Below are positions 49,101 to 63,300 of a stretch of 64,000 nucleotides of DNA, piece by piece. Source of the DNA: Fimbriosthenelais zetlandica (lineage: Eukaryota); NCBI GenBank assembly GCA_977030845.1, contig OZ365112.1, forward strand, positions 15,004,001 through 15,068,000. The letters run 5' to 3'. Under the pieces are notes generated by a model, which worked only from the letters and a program-made list of their open reading frames with translations, was not told the DNA's origin and did no database searches. The position numbers were made by a program, and so were the translations under genes. Position 1 is the stretch's first letter. Each line of letters opens with the position of its first letter.

Positions 49101-52100
49101 TACCATCACCACCACTCACCACCATGAGGTGGGCAGTAGTTTGCTTCAATTAGTGATGGCCAGTAAGGGTCACCTCGTACCTGTCTGGACATGAGGGCTG
49201 CTTGACCACTGGTCATCATCTCTTGTGTCCACAGCCTCAGGCTGTGTATACATGACTTTTATTCTTACTTTTATTTCGGATTACTTATGAGGTTTGATCA
49301 TCGATCTTGTTTCGACATATTCCTGTAGAGTTGGCATGGACCTTTAACCAAACTTATTCTTGAAAATCCCCATGTTTGCTGATTGCAATAAGTGGTTGTG
49401 CACCCAGTACTTTAGTACCATTTTCCGTCTTTGCTGCCATTTCACTGTCTTTCCATGTTGTAACTTGGATGTGTTGTTGTCTACTTTACTGGTGGGCTAT
49501 CATTACCTGGACATGAGCCATCACAGGCTTTCATCAAACTCTCTTCTGTCCACGCGTTAGAGGATATCCCACTCACACAAATATGTCTCCATGCCAAGCT
49601 CAAACTCCAATATTAATGTTGGGCGATGCTTATAGTTATATCTGGATTGTTATTAGTAAGATTTATGACATTTTAATTATGCTATATATGCATAATTATG
49701 TCAGAGTAATCAGTGCATGGATGATGAACATGGAAAGTTTCTGTATAGCCAGAAAGAGCAAGATTTCCTCTCATATTGAGTGTTACTCACTTACTGTTTT
49801 TCACCAAGGAAACCTGCGTTTAACCAAGGCTAGTGCTTTGTTGTATTTTCGTAATTAAGTCATTTCATCCACGTGGGTGATTTGAGCGTGTGTTATTGTT
49901 GCCAGTTAGTGGGGCGTGGTTGGCAGCTTGAGAGAGAACCAGCTCCAGGGTGAGTTGTGTGTTTGTGTGGAAACCAACACATCATGATCACTCACACATT
50001 TTAGGTGATAACTCCAGTATGGGACAAACACTCACGCACACAGTTCAAGGGAAAGTTCTAGTTTTGTCTGGCACTTAGTGTTAAAGGTCCAGCGGTTTAA
50101 ACACTTTCCATATTAGAGACCTTCCTGGGCTGACCTCAGTCTATGCTTCGCCCCACACAGTTTCTCCCCATCCTCGCACCTGGACAGGTGTGCTCTGTAC
50201 ACCTATACATGGACTGTTACAGTGCTGGTTGGACTGCCACCGCCACATATTCACTCTCTCCAACTCTTAGGACTTCAGAAACATCTCTAGACCCCTTGTG
50301 TTACCACTGAGTTAGACATTAGCGCTTTTCCATTCAGGGATACATTTTTCAGCTGGATCTGAAAATCTCTATTAAAGGATTAGAGAACCTGCTTTTGATT
50401 TTATTGACGCATTACCCCTGTTATCTCGCTGGATTAATAACACTATCTCTACACGGTCGTCCCTCTGCTATTCAGCATTAGCAAAGAACTTATCTATTGG
50501 TTTTAGTGTGTGTTGGTTTACCATCGGTGTCATATTTTGTTTTGGATATATCTAGGAGTACCACAACAACTCTGTCTTCTGTTGTCATTGTTTGCATAGT
50601 TATTCACACTTTTATGTAACCACAATTAGTGCTGGAGGTGACTATGCAGTCTGGATCTTAGGACAGAAATGTTGAATATTTCTGTTTTAAAAGACTTGGG
50701 AGATAATTCACATTTTATGTGACGAGCGCTGTAATAGACTTGCTGGAAGTGATCACATTTGAGCGACGAGACAAAATGTCTGGGTTTCTCTCATCAAGAT
50801 GAAAAAAGTTTTTTTCTCTGATAGATTCCTTGATGAATACTTGATAGACTGGAGTTCGATGCTTGAGTGATCCTTTGATGATCAGACCAAAAACCAGTTT
50901 AACAAGCCGTCTGTACATTTGATGAATTATAAAGAGCATTTATATCAAGAGATGGGGACATGTGGGAGGAAACATCATCAGGGATATTCTTTATCTGATA
51001 AAACTCACATACTACATTGGAGGAGGGGTCTGAGAGCTGGTCCTCAATGAATATCCCAAACTTATTGGAATTTAGACATCAGAACGGCAGCAAAATGTTC
51101 GTCTTGGTTGGAGCAAAGGTAAGGCATTGAATCCATATCCGAAGAATCTGTATTTCGTTTGAATCCTTTTTAATTATCCCCTTATGTCTGGGCACTTTTT
51201 TAAGTCAAATATATTGAATGTGGGCTAGAGAAAATAGCAACTGCTTAGAAGAACTTTTTTAAGGAGATCCTCCTCAACCTTCATTTATCAAACGGATTCT
51301 TTTCCTCAGAGAGAGGGGTTTTCTTTACTCAGGCCATGCCTGCTCATGTTCAGAATGGCTAACGTTTCCATGTCATGTAATGTGAACCTGAGCTGAATCT
51401 TACCAATCCCATTAAAATTTACCTCATGTCAAGAGGAGAAAAATCCATCTTTCATACCATTCACTATTATACCTCTTGATGGTATTCCCATAGGGGCCAT
51501 GGACCCTATGTATACACACTTGTATATTATGAAATGCTCTGCGCCTTTTTGGTATGTGAAGGGTTGAATATTTATTTCATACACAACAGCTTGTGCAAAT
51601 TGGTCCTTTGCATAGACTGGATTTGGGATGAGGGAATGCACTGCTCCTTGACACTGTTTGATATGAGGAGATCGACAGTGTAAGCTGGAAAGTAAACTTG
51701 TGTCAACCCAGTGTAACAAGCACTGACTGGAGGCTACTGTCTATCTCCCAGTGTTATCATCTACAACCTATCATCTACTTCATCGTTTTTCATATTCACT
51801 TGTAACGAATTGTTCCGTGGGCGGAGCATACTTTTTTTTGATAATTTAGGCCAAGAAATCTTTCAGATAACGTGGCATCTGTGCTGAGAAAAAAAAATGA
51901 TTCGGTCACACCGTTCGTGACAAAAAGAATGAATTTCCAGACCTAGCCACAAAGAAATCTGGTCTTGCAAAACGTGATAGAACGTGAATTACGTCAGCAC
52001 CCAGAGTCAAATGTTTTTAAGGACAAACAACTTCTGCCTCAACTTAAAAACTTTTCCTCCTCAAGGCATGCGTTCTCGCATCTATAGATATATATTTGAA

Positions 52101-55100
52101 GAATCAAATCTTTTCAAATCAATCCAGAATATCTTCTTTTGAGTAATAGTTGCTGGATTATTGCCCCAGTATATTTCATTTATATTGATAAAATCAATGT
52201 TGAAAAGTCCTATCTCAGACCACTGATACCTATGCCAACTCTATCTAGGCCTACATTCCTAATCTTCCCTGTTTCATATTTAACTATAGTTCATCATAAT
52301 GAATCCATAACATAGCCTAATACTTCTCTATACCAAGGATATTTGGGGCCTCGTATTGCTAAGTTATGCACCACAGTCCATGAAACGATCCAAAATATTA
52401 TAGGTCTATTCCCCTTGGAGAATGATAATGAATAAGTTGTCCCTTGACAATATTATGCCTTGTTCGTACCTATATTTCTTTGTAATTATCATAAAAGGTC
52501 GATATATCTAGGTGCTATATGAAAGATGCATTCTCTAACCCAACATGTGATTTGGATAATTGCTGATCTGAATGGATGAACAGAAGATAGGACTTGCTTT
52601 CTACGGTTAGCTGAAATCCTATACTTGCCCTCTATACATTCTCTGCTTAACAATGGGAGGTGGAGAAAGTGGGGCTTTGTGATCATTTACCGCTGGTTGG
52701 ACGTTAATGAAGTTAGAGAATCCCTGGGTGTAGGCGTGTGAAAGTGATGTCAATAGACACCTTTATGTTCACTGAGAATGCTTCAGCTAAACCATGTCAT
52801 GTTCAAACCTGAAGCCTTGTAATATGAGGTCAAAAAAAACATTTCATCAGCATTTCTGCTGATCAAAGCTCTGAGATTTCAACATGTGAAAGATCTTTGG
52901 GATCACAGCTTCTCTGCTTTCATTCTTATGGAAAGAACACTCCGAGTCTTTGGTTGAAGGTCATATTCTGCATACAATGGGTGTGACCTCATTGTAGATA
53001 AATATAAAAGAACAGGAAGACCTTACATCTCTCCCATCAACTATTTGGACTTTTGAGATCCTTGAAGTGAAAGCAGTATCTCTAAAAGTATTCAGAAGGT
53101 CATGTGCAGTCACATTGCCTATATTTGTGGCAATATTATATTGCATGCTTCATTTATGCATGTAGATTAGTATCCATGTTATGTTACCAAGGTAACGTAT
53201 CAACTTCTCTGGCCGGGTCAGCCAGGTGAGATGAGGGGTCAGCGGTAGGTCTGCGCTAGATCAACCTCTCCCCGTCTGTGTGGTTTTGTTTGTCAGTAGC
53301 TATTGTTAGATCCTTGTACCACCATCCAGTTGTAGCCAAGCCACTGTACAAATATCCATGCTTGTCCTCTGTGCAGAATTCGGATGGATTTGGCCTTTGA
53401 TAGTGTAAAAGGTCCTCTGTCCATGTTTCTTTTCATAATACTTGAAACAGTTACTGATGGGAAACAGAGTGGGACATTTTGAATTATTTGCAAAATAAAT
53501 TGTGTGACGCACCTTACATTAATGGGTTTATATTTGGTAAATTAGCCCATGCATGTTAGCGTGACAATGTTAAAGAGTTGTAATCAGAGTACGGCTGGTG
53601 GATTTTATGACTGTGAATATTTAATTAGAGCCTAGTCACATTCCTGGATTACAGCCTGATAATTCACCCCCTCATTGTCTGACTTCTACCATCAAATCCA
53701 TCAGCTAATGAAATCACGTGACATCCTCAGTCATTACCCATGTAATGAAAAGTAGTCTTATAAAATGGAAAAACTAGGATTTTGGTACAGTACTTGGTTA
53801 GCCTATGACTTGGCATACCTTGACATAAAAAAGTAGGATGTTGAGCTAGAGATCTTGATGTTGATAAGCTTTTCCAAGAGCATGGTTTAAGGATAAATCC
53901 AGCTTTGAATGAAGATATCCTGAGGTATTTCGAACACGATACTTTTGACACGTTTATGCATGGGAATTATTCTTTCTCGCACTGTGCAATGTGCTTTGTA
54001 TTTCGATTCGGTGCATTATTTTGGGGTGGAACCTGATAGGTGACTTATTTTGGAATATGTCAGCCATCTTTATGTTTGACTCAGCTTTCAGGAAAGTCTA
54101 GACGGAGAGGTACCGGGGGACACAATTCTACACCTGTATACTCTTACCTAAAGCTTCACCAAACGGTTGAAAGACCTCTAATTAGGCCCCGTGGAGGGCA
54201 TGGGTTTCTTTTTGTTATACTTGCCAACATTTGCATGCAGTGGACATGCATGCAATGCACACCAATGTTCATGGGGGGTTTCAGAAGAAAAATTATAACA
54301 CATTGAAGCCCCAATACTGCTAAATAAAAGTACACGAGGACAGATTTTCTCGTCTGATATTGATAAATACTATGTTACAGAGGCTAATGTAGCATTAAAT
54401 TACATAATATAATAATGCTTGTAAATTCGTAAGACTTGTCCAATTGGTCGAATTGTCCCTGAGGTATTGTTAAATTGAAGTGCTAAACCCCTACAGGGTG
54501 AGAAGACTTTACCAGGTGACATATTTATCCATCCACTGTCTTCCCGCAGTCATAAATTAGCAATAGCCAGAGGACAATGTGTCTGCAGTTACCTTCTAAA
54601 TATAACCTATCCATCAGCCATATCTTATGTGAGTTGAAGGCCTTAGTTGAGATTTGGGATGATTGAATTCGTGCTTCGATCGAATCTCAAACTATTTAGC
54701 TCCATACTCGGACCTTTTTCATGGCAGGAAATGGAGATTTAAGCCCTGAATGGGACATATATCAGGACCTGACCTCCATGACCATCTATTTGGACGGTCA
54801 TGGTTTAAGTTGGCGTTATCAAACATTTCTAACAGGTCAGGTGTTTCTCTTGAACTTTGCCTCGAGAAACCGTTTCAAAAACATCTCCGTGGTTCTATTC
54901 CTTTCCTTGAATTCTAGCAGAATCAATTAACATTCAGTTTTCATGTGTACGTTAATTCTGCATAAATTCCGCGCTGTGTTTTTAACACTGTATTTACAAT
55001 GAATATTCTTAGCTCCCACACAGGTCTATTATATACATGATGTGAATCACACATTGCCTGTATGGACTGCGTTTCCACCCGGTCGTGGGAAGCTACTCGC

Positions 55101-56492
55101 ATGTGCTTCCATCTGGAGGGCAATGCTTTAATGACTACCTGTGAAGGGGAATTGGGAATAAGAGCTTCTGTTTTGAAAATGAATGCAAATCTCTCCCAAG
55201 TCATTACAATATCCGAGGTGTTAAAACTATTGTAGAAATTGCGTGGAAACAATGCATTCTCTCCCTTCTGTATTCTTAGCAGTGCCATAACCAAACATGT
55301 ATTGTACATGTGCCATTTCCACCTGTCGCATGTAAGCCTATGTACCCCTACGATTATTTTTTGTTGTGATGGAATGTTATGCAAAAGGCTTAAGTGCTAC
55401 CCAGTGGGAATGCTGGCCTTCAGTAGTACTGGAGTGGGGAACAAGCGGATAAACCGTGAATGAAGTATTTAATTAGCCAGGCCCCGCTAGCAGAGATTTC
55501 TGATACTGAACCAACAACCTGTGAAATGATTTACACAATACCTAGAGACTAATCTGATAATACTATATTACATTTGTCAACTTCGAAATATTCTCTTTCA
55601 ATGGAGTTGTATAAATATGGGTTCTTGCCACTTTGGGTGACATTTTTAATGTGATTAGAACAATTATTAAAACCCTGGGTTTCAAAGAAAAAAATGTATA
55701 GTGACACAGTGCCCAAAAACAAATTACAAACAGGTAACGGGTCCAATGACTTAAGGCATGAGCCTAGCTGGGACATTGTTTTTACTGGACTCATTAAGCT
55801 GGTCTACTGAAGGGGGACCAGGCCGTCATCCTATTGCAGCTGCTTAAAATGGCTAAGCCAGGATTAAGGGTACAGGTAGCTGAGAAGTAGCTGCCATAGT
55901 CTCAGAGATGGAGGATAGAAATTACTGCATGTTGAGAGATTAGGAACAGTATATTGGCAACATTGGTGAGAGGCGGAACATTATGTTCACACTTTCACAT
56001 GTGAAAATCAAGAGGGAACTGTACCTTTTACTGATCCATTATATGGATTTGTCACTTTTCTGAGGAATATTAACAGGAAGATTCGTCCACTTTAAGGGAA
56101 AAAATACATTCACTGCTAAATTCAAACACTTTGAACATAGCTCAGAAGTGATTGGATTGCCGATTGGAACTGATTTTTCTTCTCATTTTGTTGGACATGC
56201 CTATCTGACAAAATGTTGGATAATGCGCAGAGGCGACGCTGGACATGGACCAAGTATGAACCCCTTTTGTGATGAATTATCCTTTAAAATTGCAATTTAA
56301 AATGCTCAAAAAATGAGATCTGCATTTCTTATCCTTTAGGCTATAATATTCCCTTTGATTTTCGTGTATGTCTCATATTTCTTTAAAGAAATACTTTATA
56401 GTTTCTTAAATTAATGCATAATTATTTGGAAAGATAAAGTATGGTATTTTATCACTAGTGGGAGTTTAGCACTGGCCTTATGGAAGCAGTAC

Positions 56493-57365
56493 ATGAAGAA
56501 CATAGGGATCTCCAGAGGATCAAGGTCGTCAGACGGTGAAGGCAGTACCCTGGAGGAGGTGAGGTCAGTGGGCATCAGGTGGGTCAGTCAGGGTGACCTC
56601 TACGATGACCACCACCCTGACCATCACAGTCCAGTTACTGTTAACAGGAGCAGAAGTATGTCAGAAGGCCTTGACTTGCTGAGCACAGACAGACGACATA
56701 GGAACAAACTCACATCCAGAACTGAACTGCTGGTACCCAAAAGCCCAGAGCAACAGAGAAATGCTGTCATGTTTCAAGTCAGGTCTCCACATGGGACTCC
56801 CAGAATGGGCAGGCGTTGTCTGCAAGGGACTAAGACTAGGATTTCATATGAGGAACATTCTAATTCCCCTCTCCCTACCGGACCCACCAATACAAGACAG
56901 AGAAGACAAAGGAGAGAGAGGAGGAGAAGGACATTTTGTACTCCAGGGGATCCATCCCTATCAGGGAGCTCTCCTCGTCCACAGGAGACTTCCCACCCTC
57001 AAGCCATGGGCAATTCATCAGAAATCCCTGGTGTCACACCCATGAACAATACGAGTTCCCAAAGGCGAATGAGACCTGGCCCACTGTCAACAGATAATTA
57101 TTCTAACCAAGAGGACATGTTGAACTTGAGAAAGGTGTTGTCAGGGTACAATGATGGCATACACAAATTTAAAAACATTCAATCCGGAAATTTAGCTGAA
57201 AATCCTTTTAGCAGAAAAGATAGGTCTGTGAAGAGAAATGGCAGTCTGATTGACAGTGTAAAGGAGGGTGACCCTACTCGCACAAAGATTGGTCTTCGTA
57301 TTCAAGCTAGAGTAAGCAAGTCTCCTGATGGTTTGGACAGAATGACTGTCTATCGATTGGTCCAG
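56493..57365 (+). CDS. 291-codon Ser/Arg/Pro-rich exon ending at a strong donor; putative large alternative first coding exon of the MPRIP-like gene
   Basis: An 882-nt ORF, clearly more GC-rich than its flanks. The donor CAG|GTAAGA at 57365/6 is exactly in phase 0, two codons before the ORF stop. No good acceptor upstream. The assignment to MPRIP is inferred from strand and position. Confidence 0.68.
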
Positions 57366-60300
57366 GTAAGATAGTGAAATAAATAAAGAAATCACATAAG
57401 ATGATGTATGTGTGGTGATATATATGTGATCTACATTTCTTTACTCTGTGGAGAGTTTTGAGTGGTATGAACTTAACCATGCAGAGGGGCTAGATGTTTT
57501 TATTGTTAGTGTTTGATATGTTTCACACACTCTCTTCCTGACTGACACAGTTTAAACAAAGGACCTGTTCTTTGACAGAGCTTCCTTCTCTATGGTTTTG
57601 TTCTTTGAATCTTGGGAAAGTGAAGGGTGTGCATACATGTACATTTAAGAAAAACACAAAATACATCTCTCAATGAGCATTGTCATGTACATTCTATATG
57701 TATTGACATTTGGATCAGTCGTTGCGATTTGGTTAGGCAACAGAAGGCTTCTTGTCTTGTGAACCAGAAGAGGAATATTTTGGACGCGTCTATACTAGAG
57801 TGGTGGTATACCTGGCTCCACTCATGTAGTCCTTCCTCGCATCGCTTCTCAAAGACAATGTTAGTTTTGATCATAATCTTCGGTATCAACGTACGCAAAA
57901 TTTAGACCTCAATACCTCTATTGTTCTCGTGTGTCCAAGAACAGACAGTTAATTGGGGATGCTTCATGGAGGCTTCAGTCTGGGTAATGATCTTGACTGT
58001 TGGCCGATGTCATTAACACATGCTTTGTAATGATAACTAATATGCAGAAATCATCAGAAGTGATTAGTGTTGATACTTGACTCTTCAGTATTTGGAATCG
58101 TATGTAGATTAGGATAGAATGACAAATCTTTAGTTGCCGTGACAGGAGCTGGTTGATCAAGATATTAAATTCCTGTGGTTTCTTCCCTGACAGAATTAGC
58201 CACAGCTGACATCATTGTAGTTTGATAAAGGACATTGCCTTTGTCATGACTGATAGATAATGTTGCATTTCATTTCATCATTACAAACATAATCCATCCG
58301 TGGACGGTTGACATGACATGTATGATTATGAATGTCAACCTTTCATTATGTTCTGAAGCATTTCTGACAGACCATCTTGTTTGGCTTGCATGGTGATGTC
58401 TGCTTTGGTAATATGCATCACCAGTGTTGTTATCCACAAGTAAGGAATGTCTAGGAGATCAAGAAGTACTCCATTCAAGGTGTCTTAAATTGCTGTGCTT
58501 CAATGGCCTGCTCTTCAACCCTGCTCTTTTTCAAATTCCTCAACCCTAAACTCTATGACACCTTTGGGTCTACTCTGATAAGATCAAATCCTCTGAACCC
58601 AACTTAGTTTTGCCATATGCTTTTAGGGAAACAATACCCCTGGACACAATTTATTCTTACAAAGTGAATGGGCTGTACCAGCCCTTGACCCCCTGTCGTT
58701 GAATCTCTAGTTTGTTTCTATAGGAATCTTGCCATTTTAACTCGGGAAATGGTGACGGAATGGTCATTCATTTTTCAGTTATAGGTGTAACATGGAATAT
58801 TTGGGTTTAATATTTTCTTCGGTGGTTGTGCTTACATTTTGATTTTACCAATTGAGGCATCATCAATATAGCAGAAGGTAAGTTCTTATAAATATTTAAA
58901 GATGTATTCAGAAATGTCGAAACTGTACACCTTAAGTCCTCTGGCATTTATCAATAGCTGAAAAGCAGAAGACAGCAACCAGGGGTATTGTTGAGTAAAT
59001 GGGGTTCTCTTAATCTCTTAAATCTTTTCAGGAATTAATTCCTTTGATCAGTCACTCACCGAGTTAAAACTAGTGTAAATATCTGGACCAAACATTTCCA
59101 AAAGGGGCTTAACTCTGAATTTCAACATCTGCATCATTGACTTATCGCTCTTATTGAGAAAGCCATTGACTTCACTCCAAGCAAAAGCTGGCCTCGTTTT
59201 CTGGCATACCAGAGCTGCGTTTAACCCCTATAATGGTATTTGGTAACGGAGTTGATCATTTCCCGAGCGTTGACAAGAGGAGAGAGTTGAGAGGTCGTGT
59301 CTGGAAAGTTTGTAATGCGGGTGAAAGGCGTGGAACGACAAGCCTATTATCCAGACCATCAATTTGATAGGAGATAATTGAGGTGGGATCGATTACTGCT
59401 CTTTCTACCTGGAGCCATGCTGGCTTTAGGGGAGGGTATGAACTTTCTACATTCCTACCCTTAACCTGTCTCAATATAGAACAAGTTCTCACTATATACG
59501 CAATATATTATGTAATGACAATTTTTAGAAGACCCTAAGACAACAAAGCGATCCACATCCTACTGGACCGAACATGTCTATATGACTAGTTGATGGTTTT
59601 CCCAACCATATTTGTCCCAGAATAACAGAAGACCCTTGGAACAACCCTTCCAGTATTTTGGCACTTTCGGTTCATATCAATGCCCCGGTAAACAAGAGGA
59701 ATACCTAGTCGTAAACCATATCTCTGATCCTAAACAACACCCGTATGAACACATGCATGTAGAGCATGTCAGACATAGGAAGGCCCCCATCCTTTATCCC
59801 CTAAACATATGAAGCAGAGCTACCATTACAACCCATCCCTAATCTGTCTTCATAGCTAGGTTTTCAAGCAGATCCTCAGCTGACAAATGGATTAAGCTGT
59901 TTAGCCTAAACTGTGAGATATGTCAGTCGTGCTTGATCATATCTAGTTACCTGGTCGTCCATGTTCTAATACCTGCTCCATGTATTGAAACCAGGTTTCA
60001 TAGGGCTTTCATGTTGGGTTAGGTTTTAGCATGTATATGTATAAGGCTAATATTGTTTGCCCATGTGGGTATTGTAATATGATCCCAAGCCACCTGCTAC
60101 CACTGAATACGATAACACTAATCCTGACTCCATTCTGGATCTCAAGAGATCATCGTCAACTAGTATACATCTCTTGAGATGATCCCATATGTGAGACTTA
60201 CTTACATCCAATAACTGACAGGAAAATCCATCCATGTACTGAGGACATTTGCCCAAAACGGTTTAGTTTACTTTGTTCATTGTTTCTTATGTATTTATTC

Positions 60301-63300
60301 AACCTGTCGGTTAGGCTGGTGGTTTGGCTAAAGGCAGGTTCTCTGAAGATTATCCTCATTTTTGGCCTTGATTCCAGTCTGACTCTAGCTTCTTAGTGTA
60401 CAATTTCTACAATAGTATTATATTCTCTACGGGATGAATTTGCATTTTAATTATAATGCATTATGATGTTATTATCATGCAACTACTGACACAGGGGAAA
60501 ATACTTGTATATTTAAACTTGATATGTTTGTGAAACCCTTCTTTAACAAGTGAACCCCTTGGTCCCTGTCTATGAGTAATTGTCTGTGAAAATAGGAATA
60601 TAATAATAATAACTATGTAAGAATTATTTCTTGCTCTGGTAGACCTCCCCGGGAGTCGGGATCAAACAGTTTGGAAGCAGTTATTGCTACAGGGCCTTCT
60701 TGTGATCCCGGACCTTGAATGTCACACCATGAGATATAGCCACACTTAATGGTCACTCAAGGCCTGCCTATACTTTAAGCATTGTGTCTTGCTCCGTTGT
60801 GCTAAAGGTTACTCATTACTAGCTTGGAAATTCTGGGATATTTCTGACACGGAATTACGGAGTGGAATCCACTGTGTGTAGGTGGTATATGGGACAAAAA
60901 CAACCAAGAATCATGTCTATCCAAAAGGAGATAAAAATCATAAACACCTGTAGACATTGTGGTCTCTTTTATGCAGAAATATAATCAAAGATCTTTTACC
61001 TACATGTATCCAACATTCTTATGAAATAGGGCCTGAAGTTCTGATATCTAAGACATGAACATGAATTGAATGCATGATGCCTTAACAACATATCATGACT
61101 TCTTCCTCACCTTTTCATACTTCAGTATAGAAGAACTTCAATTGAGTTTTTTTTCCTGGAAGAAGAAAGCCTGTTGAGAATTACAATTGCTGGCATGCCT
61201 ATGTCACGGGGAGACCCCATTGACCCCAGGCAAAAAACTGTAACCGGAAAAGTCTCTCATCCGTATAATGTCATGGAAGCCCATTTCAAGTTTTGAACAT
61301 TATATTGGATGTATTGTATGGTTGACAAGTTATGAATATACCATTAGCGGAAAGGTTTAAACAGAGATCTGCACATTCTTGGCTCTCTTTGGGTCAATGA
61401 CTGAAAAGAAACACTCCCTTCAAAGGTTCTATAGAAGTCATTGTGACATTAAGCATGACCGGAACCTTGAATATAATGTAATTTATACAATTGAACCTTA
61501 GATCATACAAAAGTTACAGTCATACTGGAATATTTCATATATTGCTTCATAATAAATATATGTTAGTTGTGGGGATGATTTGATGTGTAGGTGGTATGAG
61601 GTAGTGGCTGTGTCGGTGGGGGATATAGTGGGTGGTGGGCAGGTTATAGCAGTCAGGTGAGACCATTGGGATCCCCCCTGGCATGCTGGATGCCTCCCTC
61701 CTTCCTTGTCTCTGTATGTCTCTATAAGAGAGGAGTGGATGGTTAAATGATCATCAGACAAGACACTCAAGTATGCCAATAACGCAGTGCAGACAGGACC
61801 TAGCTAACCCCCATACAGACAGCCAGTGAGCTGAGGAGAGTGAGGAATGAGGGCAGAAAGCCTGAGACACCAGGCAGTGTAGGACATGTCTATTGTCTAC
61901 TGGAGGACTTAAAACTGAGGGACACCAGGGTTTAAAATTAATCAACTAGTTTTTGGTTAAATATTCAGGGCATCCCAGTGACCCTTGAATGAGATACAGG
62001 AGTTATTCAATCACAACTGAGGTGAATGGGATAGATATCATATACCAGACTGGACCAGACAACAAGAGTGGCTTAGGTGGGTTATTTTTTGACTTGTGAT
62101 TTCTTTTTGATATATTTTCTCCTGACAAATCCACCAGGATATGACTTGAGACGTAGATGAAAGCTTTACTTACTACCTGAATGTGAGTCATGTGTAGGTC
62201 ATGGGTTAAAATATCACATGCAGGTCTAACGTCTGACAACATGGGGCTTCAATGTACAAGATATTTTCATCTCAAATTATGACATGATGTCTATGAAGCA
62301 GTCGACAGCCGGGAAATCCACTGTAATTTACTTTATTGGGAAGCATATTATTTTTGAGCTACTTCTTCATGCAGGATCAAAATCTTTGAATCGAATTTTG
62401 CATATAATGCCCCGCTCGTCTTTTTGACTGTTTTATTTTGAAAATCTTATGAAGCCCTTTGAAAAAGGGACTCGTATATATGGGGGATATGTTCGTGTTA
62501 AGAGACCATAAAAGGTAAATAATTATCTAACAATATGTTTAAGACCTTGTTTTTATTGAACCCTTTTCGTGTTCGCATGGCGTCTGGATTGTATTATAAT
62601 ATACATGTCATGAATGCTTTGATTCTTGCACTTGACTCTGGGCATACAACAATGTCCACCCCATAGATACAAGACGTTTGGTTCTGCACTTTTAAGCAGT
62701 TGATAATTGGGGGTAACTGATACATATTCATAGAGCAGAATAATGGCTATGTAGCCTTCCTTGAGGCACGATGTAGTAGTTGGACGTCAAGGGAAAAGGA
62801 GTTAAATTACATTTTTGGTTAAATATGACCTGTCTTACCTTGGAATAAGGAAAGAACATTCATGAGTTTCCATTTTCCCGGAGCTATGCATTGACCCCAG
62901 TGGGAACTATGTATATCCATAAGAAGTCTTGCACTCAGACGGTTTGTTGTCAATAGCAGGGTCTGTCAGAATAGTGGCCTAGGAGCACTCTTGTTTATAG
63001 CAGTCGAGTGCCATATCAACACATATGTGCAAAGATGTACACTGTTGCAGGTAACACACACCTGTTACTCTGAGGCAATAAATATCAGATCCTGTTACCA
63101 CAGGAATGCCCCTTGCATAGTTGTTACATTGTATATAAAGATGTACAATATTTGTAGCAATGACGAAGGCCCTAATCACAATTTTGGCATCCACTTGTTG
63201 GATTCAATATTGAAAGTTAGTTAAAGTCAGATATTGAATATGAATAGATGATGTCAGATGAAGTGTTAGGATGGGTCGGTACGTATGGTCCACGAGTAGT

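Noticed and set aside
54941-55384. 147-aa - strand ORF
   Set aside because: No coding-like codon bias, no recognisable domain and no supporting splice or polyA signals.
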